Below are positions 30,077-39,313 of a stretch of DNA of 64,000 nt, piece by piece. The first letter of the stretch is position 1. Each line of letters opens with the position of its first letter. Source of the DNA: an uncultured Verrucomicrobiota bacterium (GTDB taxonomy: Bacteria > Verrucomicrobiota > Verrucomicrobiia > Opitutales > Intestinicryptomonadaceae); the NCBI GenBank assembly GCA_949293415.1, contig CASFDK010000022.1, positions 2,686 to 66,685 on the forward strand. The letters are read 5' to 3'. The notes below the pieces were generated by a model. The model was not told the origin of the DNA and ran no database searches. It saw only the letters and a list, made by a program, of their open reading frames with translations. The translations under genes were made by a program, and so were the position numbers.

Positions 30077-30144
30077 TTTTTAGAAAAATATTTAAATTGC
30101 ATTAGACTATTATTTTTGCCAAATTCAACGCCAAATTTTATTTT

Positions 30145-31896
30145 ATGGGTACCGTTTTCCAAATTATCGGGAGCTTGGGTTTGTTCCTTTTCGGAATGAA
30201 ATTAATGAGCGAAGGTTTGCAGAAACTTTCGGGCGAACGCCTTCGGGCGATAATGCGGAGGATGACGGGCAACCGTTTCTACGGTCTTTTCTCGGGCACG
30301 CTTGTAACGATGTCGGTGCAGAGTTCGACGGTCACCACCGTGATGGTCGTAAGTTTTGTCAATGCGGGGTTGCTGACGCTGCGCGAGGCAATCGGCGTGA
30401 TTATGGGCGCGAACCTCGGCACGACCACAACCGCGTGGCTGATTGCCATATTGGGTTTCAAATTTTCGCTCGCCGATATTGCCCTGCCGATTATCGGCGT
30501 GGGTGTCCTGATTTCGTTTTGCAAACGCCCCGGATGGCGGAGTTCGGGCGAATTTCTGGTCGGATTCGGGCTTCTGTTTATGGGGCTTGAGTATCTGAAA
30601 AACTCCGTTCCCGACATACAGTCGCACTCCGAAATTCTGGCGTGGATTCGAGAGTATTCGAATATGGGCTTCCTTTCGGTTTTGCTGTTTCTGGCGTTCG
30701 GCGTGATTCTTACGCTTGTGGTGCAGTCGTCGGCGGTCGCAATCGCGATAACAATTACGATGGCGGCAAAGGGCTGGATTACCCTCGACCTCGCGGCGGC
30801 AATCGTTTTGGGCGAAAACATCGGCACTACGATGACCGCGCTTGTGGCGGCGATTCCCGCAAGCCTGAGCGGCAAGCGTGCGGCAATCGCCCACCTTGTC
30901 TTCAATGTGCTCGGTGTTGTATGGATGCTTACGGTGTTCTATTGGTTTGTCGATTTCATCTGCTGGCTCGTTCCCGCCACGGGCGTTCCCGCGCACGAAA
31001 CGCTCAGGGCGATGAATATAACCGACTTCGATTCGCTCACGGGTGCCGCCCGCGATGCCGCGCTCGAAAAAGTGGCGATTCCCGCGCGTCTTGCAATGTT
31101 CCACACGATGTTCAATTTGACCAATATTTGTGTGCTCATCGGCTTTGTTCCGCAAATAGAAAAATTCATCTGTTGGATTCTGAAAGACAAAAACTATCGG
31201 CACCGCACGGCGGTTCAGCGCATCGAATACCTCACTTCAAACGTTTCGGAAACGGGCGAACTTGCGCTTTTCGAAGGACAGAAGGAACTCGTCAAGCTTG
31301 CGGAACTCTCTGGCGAAATGTTCAACGGCTTCGTATTCGTAATACAGAATCCCGACAAGGATCTGAGCGCGGAAGTCGCCCGACTGCGCGACCTCGAAGA
31401 GGAGTCCGACAAGCTTTCCGTCGCGCTTACGAACTTTTTCGTCAAGTGCTCGTCGCACGACCTAAGTCAGAACAGCATAAAAATCGTCACCCGCAATATG
31501 ATAATCGTGCCCGAGCTTGAAGCCCTCTGCGACTCCTGCTACAGGCTCATAACGCTTGCCCGCAAACGCTACAGAAAGCAGCTCTTCGACGAAATGCTCA
31601 AGTCGCCCGTATTCATCGAATTTTGCTCCGAAATGAACGAGTTTGTCCAGTTTGCCGACAAGAGCCTCAACAACTGCGCAATCAGCATTGCCGATCTGGA
31701 AAGCTCCGTAAAGATGCGCGAAAAGCTCGACGCCGGCAGAAAAGCCCTGCGCCGCGAGGCAATCCGTCAAATGGAGGCGACAGGCGTAACGCGCGGCGGC
31801 ATTTTGTTCATCGAAATTCTTTCGGCGTGCGAGCGCGTAAACTCCCACGCTATGAATATACTCGAGGCGATGAATCCCAAATCCGCCGGCTTGTAA
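30145..31896 (+). CDS. Na+/phosphate cotransporter family protein with PhoU-like C-terminal domain
   Basis: Duplicated GANLGTTTTAW / GENIGTTMTAL motifs in a polytopic membrane domain, followed by a helical cytoplasmic tail. Confidence 0.9.
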   Translation: MGTVFQIIGSLGLFLFGMKLMSEGLQKLSGERLRAIMRRMTGNRFYGLFSGTLVTMSVQSSTVTTVMVVSFVNAGLLTLREAIGVIMGANLGTTTTAWLIAILGFKFSLADIALPIIGVGVLISFCKRPGWRSSGEFLVGFGLLFMGLEYLKNSVPDIQSHSEILAWIREYSNMGFLSVLLFLAFGVILTLVVQSSAVAIAITITMAAKGWITLDLAAAIVLGENIGTTMTALVAAIPASLSGKRAAIAHLVFNVLGVVWMLTVFYWFVDFICWLVPATGVPAHETLRAMNITDFDSLTGAARDAALEKVAIPARLAMFHTMFNLTNICVLIGFVPQIEKFICWILKDKNYRHRTAVQRIEYLTSNVSETGELALFEGQKELVKLAELSGEMFNGFVFVIQNPDKDLSAEVARLRDLEEESDKLSVALTNFFVKCSSHDLSQNSIKIVTRNMIIVPELEALCDSCYRLITLARKRYRKQLFDEMLKSPVFIEFCSEMNEFVQFADKSLNNCAISIADLESSVKMREKLDAGRKALRREAIRQMEATGVTRGGILFIEILSACERVNSHAMNILEAMNPKSAGL

Positions 31897-31899
31897 AAT

Positions 31900-32186
31900 C
31901 GGGCTTGATAGTGCGTTTCAGCTCTTTGTGTCAATGACACGTATGTTAAATACGCTTACATAGCCACAAAAAGCTAAAGCCGCCCTCTGAATCCCGATTT
32001 TACAAGCCGCGAGGGCTGAAGGGGAAAGTAGCTCGGGCTTGATAGTGCGTTTCAGCTCTTTGTGGCAATGACACGTATGTTAAATACGCTTACATAGCCA
32101 CAAAAAGCTAGAGCCGCCCTCTGAATCCCGATTTTACAAGCCGCGAGGGCTGAAGGGGAAAGTAGCTCGGGCTTGATAGTGCGTTT
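31900..32186. repeat. 134-bp direct tandem repeat, 2.14 copies
   Basis: Copies at 31900-32033 and 32034-32167 differ at 2 of 134 positions. A third partial copy spans 32168-32186. The unit is internally self-complementary. Confidence 0.95.
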
Positions 32187-32246
32187 TTTTTGCGGCGTTT
32201 TGCTTTTTTTCGAAACGTTTTAACCGTGTCGGCGTTTCATTTCTAT

Positions 32247-33326
32247 ATGGCGGGTAAAATCATATTGGCTGACGACGGCGCGTTTTTTGTGAAGACACTC
32301 GGCGTGCCCGAAGGCCTGTCGGATGCCGACGTTTGCGGATTTGTGCAAACGTGGGTTGCCAATTCTTCGCCTATGCCGCTCGAGCGTATGCGTATCGGTT
32401 ATTTGCGGCGCGGCGGAAATGTCGCCGTTTTTTCGGCTCTCGACGACCGCGCTTTTGCGGGAATCGGCGACGGCGAATTGGTTGCGGCGCGCGCCGTTGT
32501 TGCGCCCGCTGCGGTTCTGCTTTTTGCGGGGCTTGCGGGCGGCGTTGCGATGTTGCGTTCCCCGCGTTCGGTTTCGTGTATCCGTTTCGAAGATGGGAAA
32601 ATCGCTGGTTTTTTTGCCCAATCCATTTCCGCCGACTGCGATATTTCGCGTGTTGTAGCCGAGCTGAAGCGCGCGGCAGGCTCCGAAGGCGGTGAACGCT
32701 TTTTTGTGCTTTCGAAGATTTCGGACGACGGCTCTGCGGAAATTTCCGAGGTCGATGCAGCGTCCTTTCTTTCGGGCGAACTGTCGGGAGGAAAGTCCGT
32801 TCGGATACCCGTTCCAAAAACGGCTCTGCGCACGCTCGACATCCGCCGCTCCGACATTGTGCGCAATGCCAACCGAAAGCGGCGCGTTGCCGAGGTCAAG
32901 TCTGCCGCGGCGAAAATGTTGCCGCTGTTGTTCCTTGCGCTTTTTGCATTCCAGATTTTTGTTTGGACGAAGTCTGCGAAGGTCTCCGCGCTTGCGCTCG
33001 AAGTTGCGGAGCTTGCGCCCGTCGCAAAGTCGGCCGAAACGCTCGGCGCGAGAATCGCCGAACTTCAGACCCTTTCGGGCGGCAGGATTTCGGCGGTTGA
33101 ATCGCTGGCTCTGGCGAATTTCGTGCGCCCCGACAGCGTGCGTTTTTCGAAATTTTCGCAGGATTCGTCGCGGGCGTTTACGGTTGTCGGGCAGGCTCCG
33201 TCAATCGGCGATGCGCACGGCTACTTGAAATTGCTGAAAGAACGTCCCGAGATTGCCGCTGCCGAGATGGAAACCGAATCGTCGCGTGGCGTGGCGAAAT
33301 TCACGATAAAGGCGGTGCTCAAATGA
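32247..33326 (+). CDS. bitopic membrane protein, GspL / PilM-PilN-like architecture (tentative)
   Basis: ~225-aa cytoplasmic domain, a TM helix (MLPLLFLALFAFQIFVW) and a ~105-aa periplasmic domain. Start set at ATG 32247; the track start at 32190 is TTG inside the repeat's T-rich tail. Confidence 0.4.
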   Translation: MAGKIILADDGAFFVKTLGVPEGLSDADVCGFVQTWVANSSPMPLERMRIGYLRRGGNVAVFSALDDRAFAGIGDGELVAARAVVAPAAVLLFAGLAGGVAMLRSPRSVSCIRFEDGKIAGFFAQSISADCDISRVVAELKRAAGSEGGERFFVLSKISDDGSAEISEVDAASFLSGELSGGKSVRIPVPKTALRTLDIRRSDIVRNANRKRRVAEVKSAAAKMLPLLFLALFAFQIFVWTKSAKVSALALEVAELAPVAKSAETLGARIAELQTLSGGRISAVESLALANFVRPDSVRFSKFSQDSSRAFTVVGQAPSIGDAHGYLKLLKERPEIAAAEMETESSRGVAKFTIKAVLK

Positions 33327-33853
33327 AAATTGCGGACGGATTCTCGAATTGGTGCGCCAAGAAAAACAGGCGCGAACGCGCCATGCTTTTGTGCACGCTT
33401 TGCGCGGCTGCCGTTTTGTGGCTGTCGTCGGAAATTTCCGACTGCTCGGCTTTGAATGCGGAATTTGCGCGGCTTTCGGTTTCGAAAAAAGTCTCGAAGA
33501 CAGCCGCCGACTGCGAGCCCGCGCTGCGCGGAGAGCTTGAAAAACTTCTGAAAAAATTCGATTCGTCGAAGAAAATATCGCCCGTATCGCTTCAGATTGC
33601 GGTTGAAAACTGCGCGCGTTCGGCGGGGCTTTCGTATTCGCTTTCGAATGTATCGCAGTCGGACGCGGGCTCGTTTTCGGTTTATGTGATTACGCTTTCG
33701 TGCAAGCGCGCAGAGCTTAAAAATCTCGCCGATTTCGAACGCGCGATGCGTGCGCTCGAGCCGCACATAGGCATAGCTTCGGCAGTCTTCGACGGAACTG
33801 CGACGGGCGAAGTCGGCGCAAAATATACGATAAAAGCCGTCGGCGCAAAGTAG
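33323..33853 (+). CDS. bitopic membrane protein, GspM / PilO-like architecture (tentative)
   Basis: ATGA overlap with the previous gene. Short N-terminus, a TM helix (AMLLCTLCAAAVLWLSS), then a ~135-aa periplasmic domain. Its C-terminus AKYTIKAVGAK echoes AKFTIKAVLK of the upstream protein. Confidence 0.4.
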   Translation: MKIADGFSNWCAKKNRRERAMLLCTLCAAAVLWLSSEISDCSALNAEFARLSVSKKVSKTAADCEPALRGELEKLLKKFDSSKKISPVSLQIAVENCARSAGLSYSLSNVSQSDAGSFSVYVITLSCKRAELKNLADFERAMRALEPHIGIASAVFDGTATGEVGAKYTIKAVGAK

Positions 33854-33944
33854 GGCTGCGGTACTGCGCGGCGTGGCGGCAAGGGCGCAAAAAACGCGCG
33901 AAGAAACGCGCGCCGTCGTCGGTCGGAGTTCGGAAATTTGGGTG

Positions 33945-35579
33945 TTATTCGCCCGCCTTCGCCAATTCCGAGATTTTCTTCAAGTCGAGCTTGCCGCTCG
34001 GCAGCAACGGTATTTTGTCGATTTTCACGATGTGTTTCGGCTGCCAAAGGTTGCTTATTCCGGCGCGGCGCAGCGCGTCTTTCGCCTGCGAAAGCGTGAT
34101 GTCGGTCGCCGCCAGCAGCACGAGCGATTCGCCCTTACCCTCGTCGAGCCGCGAGGAAATCGCGATGAGCGGAATGTCGCTGTCGGCGAGTTTCAGCTCG
34201 GTATTGAGTGCCGCTTCGACCGTTGCGTGCGGAACCATTTCGCCGCCGATTTTCGAGAAGCGCGAAACGCGTCCGTCGATGTACAAAAATCCGTCGGGAT
34301 CGAGCCGCGCGAGGTCGCCAGTAACGAGCCATCCGTCCTGCAGTGCGGAGTCGGTCGCCGCCCTGTTGTCGAGATAGCCCGCGAAAATATTCGCCCCCTG
34401 CATTGCAAGAAGCCCCTGTTGCCCGAAGGGCATTTCGGCGAGCGTTGCGGGATGGAGGATCTTTGCCCGCATCCCCGGAAAGAGCTTTCCAATCGAACCT
34501 TTGCGCGTACCGGTCGAGAACCACCCGAAGTCTTTCGTCTTCGTATTCACGCCGACGACGGGCGAGGCCTCGGTAAGCCCGTAGCCTTCGCGGTAGGTGT
34601 CGCCGAACGCCGCGTTCCAGATTTCGTGGAAGCCTATGGGCGTTTTTTCCGCCCCCGCGATTGCCATCCGCAGGGTTTTCATATCTTCGGGCTTTGCGTG
34701 TTTGATGTATGCGCGGAAGAATGTGGGGCTGCCGATGATTGCCGTAAGACCCATTTCGCGCACGGCTCTGATGTTGTTTTTGATGTCGAGCGGGCTGTGG
34801 AGCGTTACGGTTTTCTGCCCGTGCGCCGCCATATACCACGCTTCGAAGAGAAGCCCGAAACTGTGGAAAATCGGCAGGTTCGCCAGCAGGATGTCGTCTT
34901 CGGCGAAGAGTTCGATTAGTTTTGTCTGGAGACAGTTTGCAATGATGTTGCGCTCGGTGAGAATGGCGGCTTTCGGCGAACCTTCGCTGCCGCTTGTGAA
35001 TACGAGCGTCGCCTCCGCGCTGTTGTCGCCGCATTTTTTTATCCCGAATTTTTCGGCGAATTTGTCCGCGCCGAGTTTTACCGAATTTTTGATTTCGTCG
35101 ATTTCGGCGGCGGGGATTTCCGAAAGAATTTTGCCGACATCGACGACCGATTTGCTCCACGGGAATTGCGGGTTTACCTTGTCGATTTTAGACTTGAAGT
35201 ATTCCGCCGTGAAAGTCGTTTCGATTTTCGCCGTTTGGAAGCAGCTTTTTGCCGCCACGGGTCCGAGGGTAAAGTTGATGTTTATCGGGTTTACGCCCGC
35301 GAAAACGCATGCGTAGTTTGTTACGAACGCCAAGTACGACGGCGCGATTGCAACCGCCGCGCGCTTCCCTATTTCCGCCCTGTTTATCCGCCGAGAGAGC
35401 GCGACGGCAGCTGCGAGAATTTCCGCCGCCGAATACTTTTTTGCGCCGTCCGAGAAATCGCACAGCAGCCAGTCGGCGGTCGATTCGCACAGACCGCGCG
35501 CGAGCGTGTATGCCAGTGTCTGCGAGAGTTCGGGGCGTTTTTCGAAAACGTCGAACCCCATATCGAGCGTGTATAACAT
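33945..35579 (-). CDS. AMP-binding enzyme (acyl-CoA / acyl-ACP synthetase-like)
   Basis: AMP-binding motif LVFTSGSEGSPKAAIL, plus GYGLTEASP and TGDLARLDPDGFLYIDGRVSRFSKIGGEMV. Confidence 0.85.
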   Translation of the reverse strand: MLYTLDMGFDVFEKRPELSQTLAYTLARGLCESTADWLLCDFSDGAKKYSAAEILAAAVALSRRINRAEIGKRAAVAIAPSYLAFVTNYACVFAGVNPININFTLGPVAAKSCFQTAKIETTFTAEYFKSKIDKVNPQFPWSKSVVDVGKILSEIPAAEIDEIKNSVKLGADKFAEKFGIKKCGDNSAEATLVFTSGSEGSPKAAILTERNIIANCLQTKLIELFAEDDILLANLPIFHSFGLLFEAWYMAAHGQKTVTLHSPLDIKNNIRAVREMGLTAIIGSPTFFRAYIKHAKPEDMKTLRMAIAGAEKTPIGFHEIWNAAFGDTYREGYGLTEASPVVGVNTKTKDFGWFSTGTRKGSIGKLFPGMRAKILHPATLAEMPFGQQGLLAMQGANIFAGYLDNRAATDSALQDGWLVTGDLARLDPDGFLYIDGRVSRFSKIGGEMVPHATVEAALNTELKLADSDIPLIAISSRLDEGKGESLVLLAATDITLSQAKDALRRAGISNLWQPKHIVKIDKIPLLPSGKLDLKKISELAKAGE

Positions 35580-35693
35580 GGTCGGAAATTTTTAGAACCG
35601 CATCCGCCCGTGTCAACAATATTAGGGGCGCAAGAAAACGGATGCGGCGCGGCTGCAACCGTATCCGTTTTTTTCCCCCGAAAGCCCTTTCGT

Positions 35694-36023
35694 CTATGCC
35701 TGCGCCTCTTCGGCGGGCTTTGCCTTTTTTGCGGCGCGGCGGCGGCGTTTTGCCTTGGGCTTTGCCCCTTCGGCTGCCGTTTCGGCTTCCGCCGTCGACG
35801 CTGCGAGTTCGCGTTCGGCAATCATATCTTCGATCTTTTCCCTGAGCATTGCAAGCTCTTCAATCGACATTGCTTCGAGCGGCTTGTTCTCGTTGACGGG
35901 AATGTCCATTCCGTGCGAGCGCAGGATGTCGTCGATTTTATCCTGATTTTTCTTGTAGAGGTAGAAGCCCGTCGCGGCTACGCCGATGCCGAGGGCTGCT
36001 CCGAGTATGTAGTCTCTTGTCAT
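35694..36023 (-). CDS. small membrane-anchored protein with Lys/Ala-rich tail
   Basis: N-terminal TM helix (ILGAALGIGVAATGFYLY), a helical middle and a basic tail (KPKAKRRRRAAKKAK). 30 nt downstream of the ATPase gene. Confidence 0.5.
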   Translation of the reverse strand: MTRDYILGAALGIGVAATGFYLYKKNQDKIDDILRSHGMDIPVNENKPLEAMSIEELAMLREKIEDMIAERELAASTAEAETAAEGAKPKAKRRRRAAKKAKPAEEAQA

Positions 36024-36053
36024 AGTTTTTCCTTTTTTGGTTGGTTGAAAGTT

Positions 36054-38279
36054 CTATTTTAGCGCGGGCGGTTTGTTCATATCGTAGAACAGGATTCGCA
36101 GGCTGTTCGCCACTACAAGTATCGTGGACGAATTGTGCATTACCGCGCCGAATATCACGGGAATGGTGCCGAGCGCGCCGAGGATAAGCCCGAGCGTGTT
36201 TATCCCCACCGCCGCGAAGAGGTTTTGCCGCACGACATCCATCGTATATTTCGACAGTCCGTAGATTCCGGGAAGCATAAGCGCGTTGTCGCCCGAAATG
36301 GTGATGTCGGAAGCCTCCATTGCCGCGTCGGTGCGCGTTTTGCCGAGAGCGATTCCCACATCGGCGTAGGCGAGGGCGGGCGCGTCGTTGATTCCGTCGC
36401 CGACCATCACAACCTTGTTGCCGCGCGCCTGCATCCGCAGGACGACCTTCGCCTTGTCTTCGGGCAGAAGCTCGTATTCGTAGCTGTCGATTCCGAGTCT
36501 TCGGGCGACTACGTCCGCCTGCTGCTCCAAGTCTCCCGTCAGAAGAACGATGTCGTCGACTCCCACGTTGCGCAGGCGGTTGAGGGCTTTTTTCATATTC
36601 TCGCGCAGGGGGTCTCTGATGCCGATAAGCCCCGCCATTTGGTTGTCGCGCGAGACGAACACGACGTTTTCGCCGCGGGCGAAAAGCGCGGATGCCTGTT
36701 CGCGCATCGGGTGCGTGTGGATTCCGCTTTCGTTGAGGAAGCGTTTGTTGCCCACGCGTATCGGGGTGCCGTCGATTGAGGTGAGCACGCCGCGCCCGAC
36801 CGTCGTAATGATGTCGCCGTGGCGCGGAATCGCCACGCCCTCGCGCGAGGCGCGTTCGAGAATCGCCGAAGCCATCGGATGTTTCGACGTTTCCTCCGCC
36901 GCCGCCGCGAATGCGATTACGTCTTTTGCCGAATATTTCCCCGATTCGGGAACGACGCTTTCGACGCACGGCTTGCCTTCGGTAAGCGTACCCGTCTTGT
37001 CGAGAATGAGGGTGTCGGCGTTGCTCATAGACTCTATCACGCTGCTTCCCTTGATGAGCACGCCCTGACGCGCAGCCGTGTTTATCGCGGCGGAAAGCGC
37101 GGCGGCGGTCGAGAGTTTTATGCCGCACGAGTAGTCTATGATGAGCATATTCAACGCCCTGTTCATATCGCGCGTAAGCGCGTAGACCAAGCCCGCCAGA
37201 AATATGTTCAACGGCACGAGAGCCGAGGAAAATTTGTCGGCGTAGTTTTGCACCGCCGCCTTTTTGCTGCCCGCGTCTTCGACCATCTTGATGATTTTCG
37301 AAACGGTCGTGTTTTCGCCCGCCGACTCCACCCTGCAGGTTATCGTGCCGTCCACAACGAGCGTTCCCGCGAAGACCCTGCCGCCCTTTTCGCGCGAGAC
37401 GGGTTCGAATTCGCCCGTTATCGACGATTGGTTGATGACCGCCCGCCCCGCGATTATTTCGCCGTCGGCGCAGATTTTTTCGCCCGAGTGGACGACGATA
37501 AGGTCTCCCGCCGCGAGCAGCTTCGCCGAAATCCTTTCGAGGGGGTTGCCGATTTTATTGCCGAGCGGTCTCCAGACCGTCTCGTTTTCGACCGAAAGCA
37601 TGTCGCGGATGGCGTTGCGCGTGCGGTTCATCGTGTAGACCGTCATCGATTCGGCGAGGTCGTGCAAAAACAGAACCGTCAACGCCGAGGACGCCTTGCC
37701 CGAGAGCACGCTCGAGAGCACCGCCATCGCGCTTAGCGTGTCGGCGTTCGGCAGCAGCGAGCGTTTGAACGCGCCAAGACCGCTCTTGAAAAGCGGCAGG
37801 GCAAGCGCGAGCGCGCCGAACCCCGGAAAGCCGAAAAGTCTGCCCGCAATCGTCGCGGGAACGCCCTTTTTTGCAATCCACGCGCCGAGCAGCAACGCCG
37901 CCGAGACCGCGCTTCTGGTAACGAGCGTCGAGAGCGGCTCTTCGTGCAGGTCGCGCTCCTCCACAAGCAGTTTGTTGCGGGCTTCGCGTTCGCGCTGCAA
38001 AATTCCGAGCGAATGCGCCGCGATTATCTCCTCGACCGCCGCAATGATTCTGTCGGGCGTGGTTTTGTCGGCATCGAAGTTTATCGCCACCGACGCGGCG
38101 CGGACGTTTATGCGCACCGCCTTTACGCCGTCGAGCGTTCTGAAGTGTTCGAGCAGGTGTCTGTTTTCGTCGCCCGAGCCGATATATCGCAGCCCCTCGC
38201 AAACGAGCCTTATTCTTCCGCGTATCTCGTGCGCCCTGCTGCATTTCAGTAAAGGTTTTTTGTTTTTCAATAGCGGCAT
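36054..38279 (-). CDS. P1B-like heavy-metal-type P-type ATPase, atypical
   Basis: DKTGTLT, TGE (SITGEFEP), SKHP and GDGINDAPAL motifs. The N-terminal HMA-like domain has no CxxC. The position of the TM CPC motif reads DYSCGIK. Confidence 0.9.
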   Translation of the reverse strand: MPLLKNKKPLLKCSRAHEIRGRIRLVCEGLRYIGSGDENRHLLEHFRTLDGVKAVRINVRAASVAINFDADKTTPDRIIAAVEEIIAAHSLGILQREREARNKLLVEERDLHEEPLSTLVTRSAVSAALLLGAWIAKKGVPATIAGRLFGFPGFGALALALPLFKSGLGAFKRSLLPNADTLSAMAVLSSVLSGKASSALTVLFLHDLAESMTVYTMNRTRNAIRDMLSVENETVWRPLGNKIGNPLERISAKLLAAGDLIVVHSGEKICADGEIIAGRAVINQSSITGEFEPVSREKGGRVFAGTLVVDGTITCRVESAGENTTVSKIIKMVEDAGSKKAAVQNYADKFSSALVPLNIFLAGLVYALTRDMNRALNMLIIDYSCGIKLSTAAALSAAINTAARQGVLIKGSSVIESMSNADTLILDKTGTLTEGKPCVESVVPESGKYSAKDVIAFAAAAEETSKHPMASAILERASREGVAIPRHGDIITTVGRGVLTSIDGTPIRVGNKRFLNESGIHTHPMREQASALFARGENVVFVSRDNQMAGLIGIRDPLRENMKKALNRLRNVGVDDIVLLTGDLEQQADVVARRLGIDSYEYELLPEDKAKVVLRMQARGNKVVMVGDGINDAPALAYADVGIALGKTRTDAAMEASDITISGDNALMLPGIYGLSKYTMDVVRQNLFAAVGINTLGLILGALGTIPVIFGAVMHNSSTILVVANSLRILFYDMNKPPALK

Positions 38280-38291
38280 AGTCGGAAAGTC

Positions 38292-38660
38292 CTATTTCAG
38301 CTTTTCGAGTTTTTTGCGGATTGCGTCCACCGTCGCGGCTTCTTCCTCTTCCGCGGCCGAGGGCGAGGCGATTGCGGCGGCGAAGATTTTCCACGCGGCG
38401 GCAATCCAGTTCATTATGCTTTTTTCGTCGGTCTTTTTTGCGTCGTAGACCACGAGCAGATTTCCGGTAATCAGGCAGAGCGAGACCGACGTTATTCCCG
38501 CGCGCCTTTCAAGTATCGCGGTGAATGTGTCGGCGTATTTCTTCGCGTAGTCGGGGAACTGCCTTACTCCCGAGATGTTTACCCGCAAACGACCCGCTAT
38601 CGAATGCACGATTTTCGGCTTGCCCGCAAGCAGTACTGCGATGTTCATCAACGGATTCAT
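38292..38660 (-). CDS. small protein with cysteine-less HMA-like domain
   Basis: VHSIAGRLRVNISGV...GITSVSLCLITGNLLVVYD parallels the ATPase N-terminal domain. 12 nt upstream of the ATPase start. Confidence 0.6.
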   Translation of the reverse strand: MNPLMNIAVLLAGKPKIVHSIAGRLRVNISGVRQFPDYAKKYADTFTAILERRAGITSVSLCLITGNLLVVYDAKKTDEKSIMNWIAAAWKIFAAAIASPSAAEEEEAATVDAIRKKLEKLK

Positions 38661-38670
38661 TGCGCGCTTC

Positions 38671-39240
38671 CTACCTGTTGTTGTTTATGCTCTGGAAAAG
38701 CCACCACAAAAGGTTTATCGGGAAGGACGGCAAATTCGGCAGCCCCGCCTTTTTATTGAAGAACGGAATTGTCTTTAGAATTTGCAGAATCAGCAAAAGC
38801 ATCATTATCGCCCTAAGGTCGAAGACTCCGCGCGTGCGTTGGAGCACGGCTTCGTTGAACGCCGAGCCGATTGTCGACACCTCCCGCGCGAATACCGACT
38901 TGCGCGAATGTATTTCGGCGTCGAATCCGAAACAGTACGAGAGCGCGGAAACCACGATTACGGGCGTGAGCACCGCTGGATCGTATTCGACAAGCAGCGT
39001 TCCGAGAAGCGTGTTTGCCGAAATTTTGCGGATGCCGCGCACGGGCGATATCGCCTTTGTGATGCTTTCGGCAAGCGTGCGGTTGCCCTTCATCGACGGG
39101 ATTTTCACCCTCATTCTGCCCGTTATGGAGTGGACTACTTCGAGCACTCCGGGGAACGACGGCGCGTTCTCGACTACATTTGCGCCGAGCCTACCGAATG
39201 CGGATTTCCGCCCGTTTTTTTTCGTGTTTTTCATTGGCAT
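38671..39240 (-). CDS. membrane protein with cysteine-less HMA-like domain
   Basis: VHSITGRMRVKIPSM...GIRKISANTLLGTLLVEYD, followed by hydrophobic C-terminal segments. 10 nt upstream of the next gene. Confidence 0.6.
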   Translation of the reverse strand: MPMKNTKKNGRKSAFGRLGANVVENAPSFPGVLEVVHSITGRMRVKIPSMKGNRTLAESITKAISPVRGIRKISANTLLGTLLVEYDPAVLTPVIVVSALSYCFGFDAEIHSRKSVFAREVSTIGSAFNEAVLQRTRGVFDLRAIMMLLLILQILKTIPFFNKKAGLPNLPSFPINLLWWLFQSINNNR

Positions 39241-39313
39241 AGCGTTTGCTCCCGATATTGTATTTCCATACTGGCGTTTTTGCTTCAGTTGCGAAGCTTT
39301 TTTTAGTTAGTGA

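Noticed and set aside
31900-32186. Possibility that the 134-bp repeats are a CRISPR array or degenerate tRNA genes (GTAGCTCGGGCTTGATAGTGCG resembles a D-arm).
   Set aside because: The copies abut directly with no unique spacers, and the unit is far longer than CRISPR repeats. No cloverleaf can be drawn: the D-stem is mismatched, and there is no anticodon stem or T-arm.
35938-38394. Arg-rich alternate-frame minus-strand ORFs (35938-37128, 396 aa; 37555-38394, 279 aa) and several plus-strand ORFs inside the ATPase gene.
   Set aside because: The 741-aa frame carries every P-type ATPase motif. The others are out-of-frame or antisense readings with extreme Arg/Gly content.
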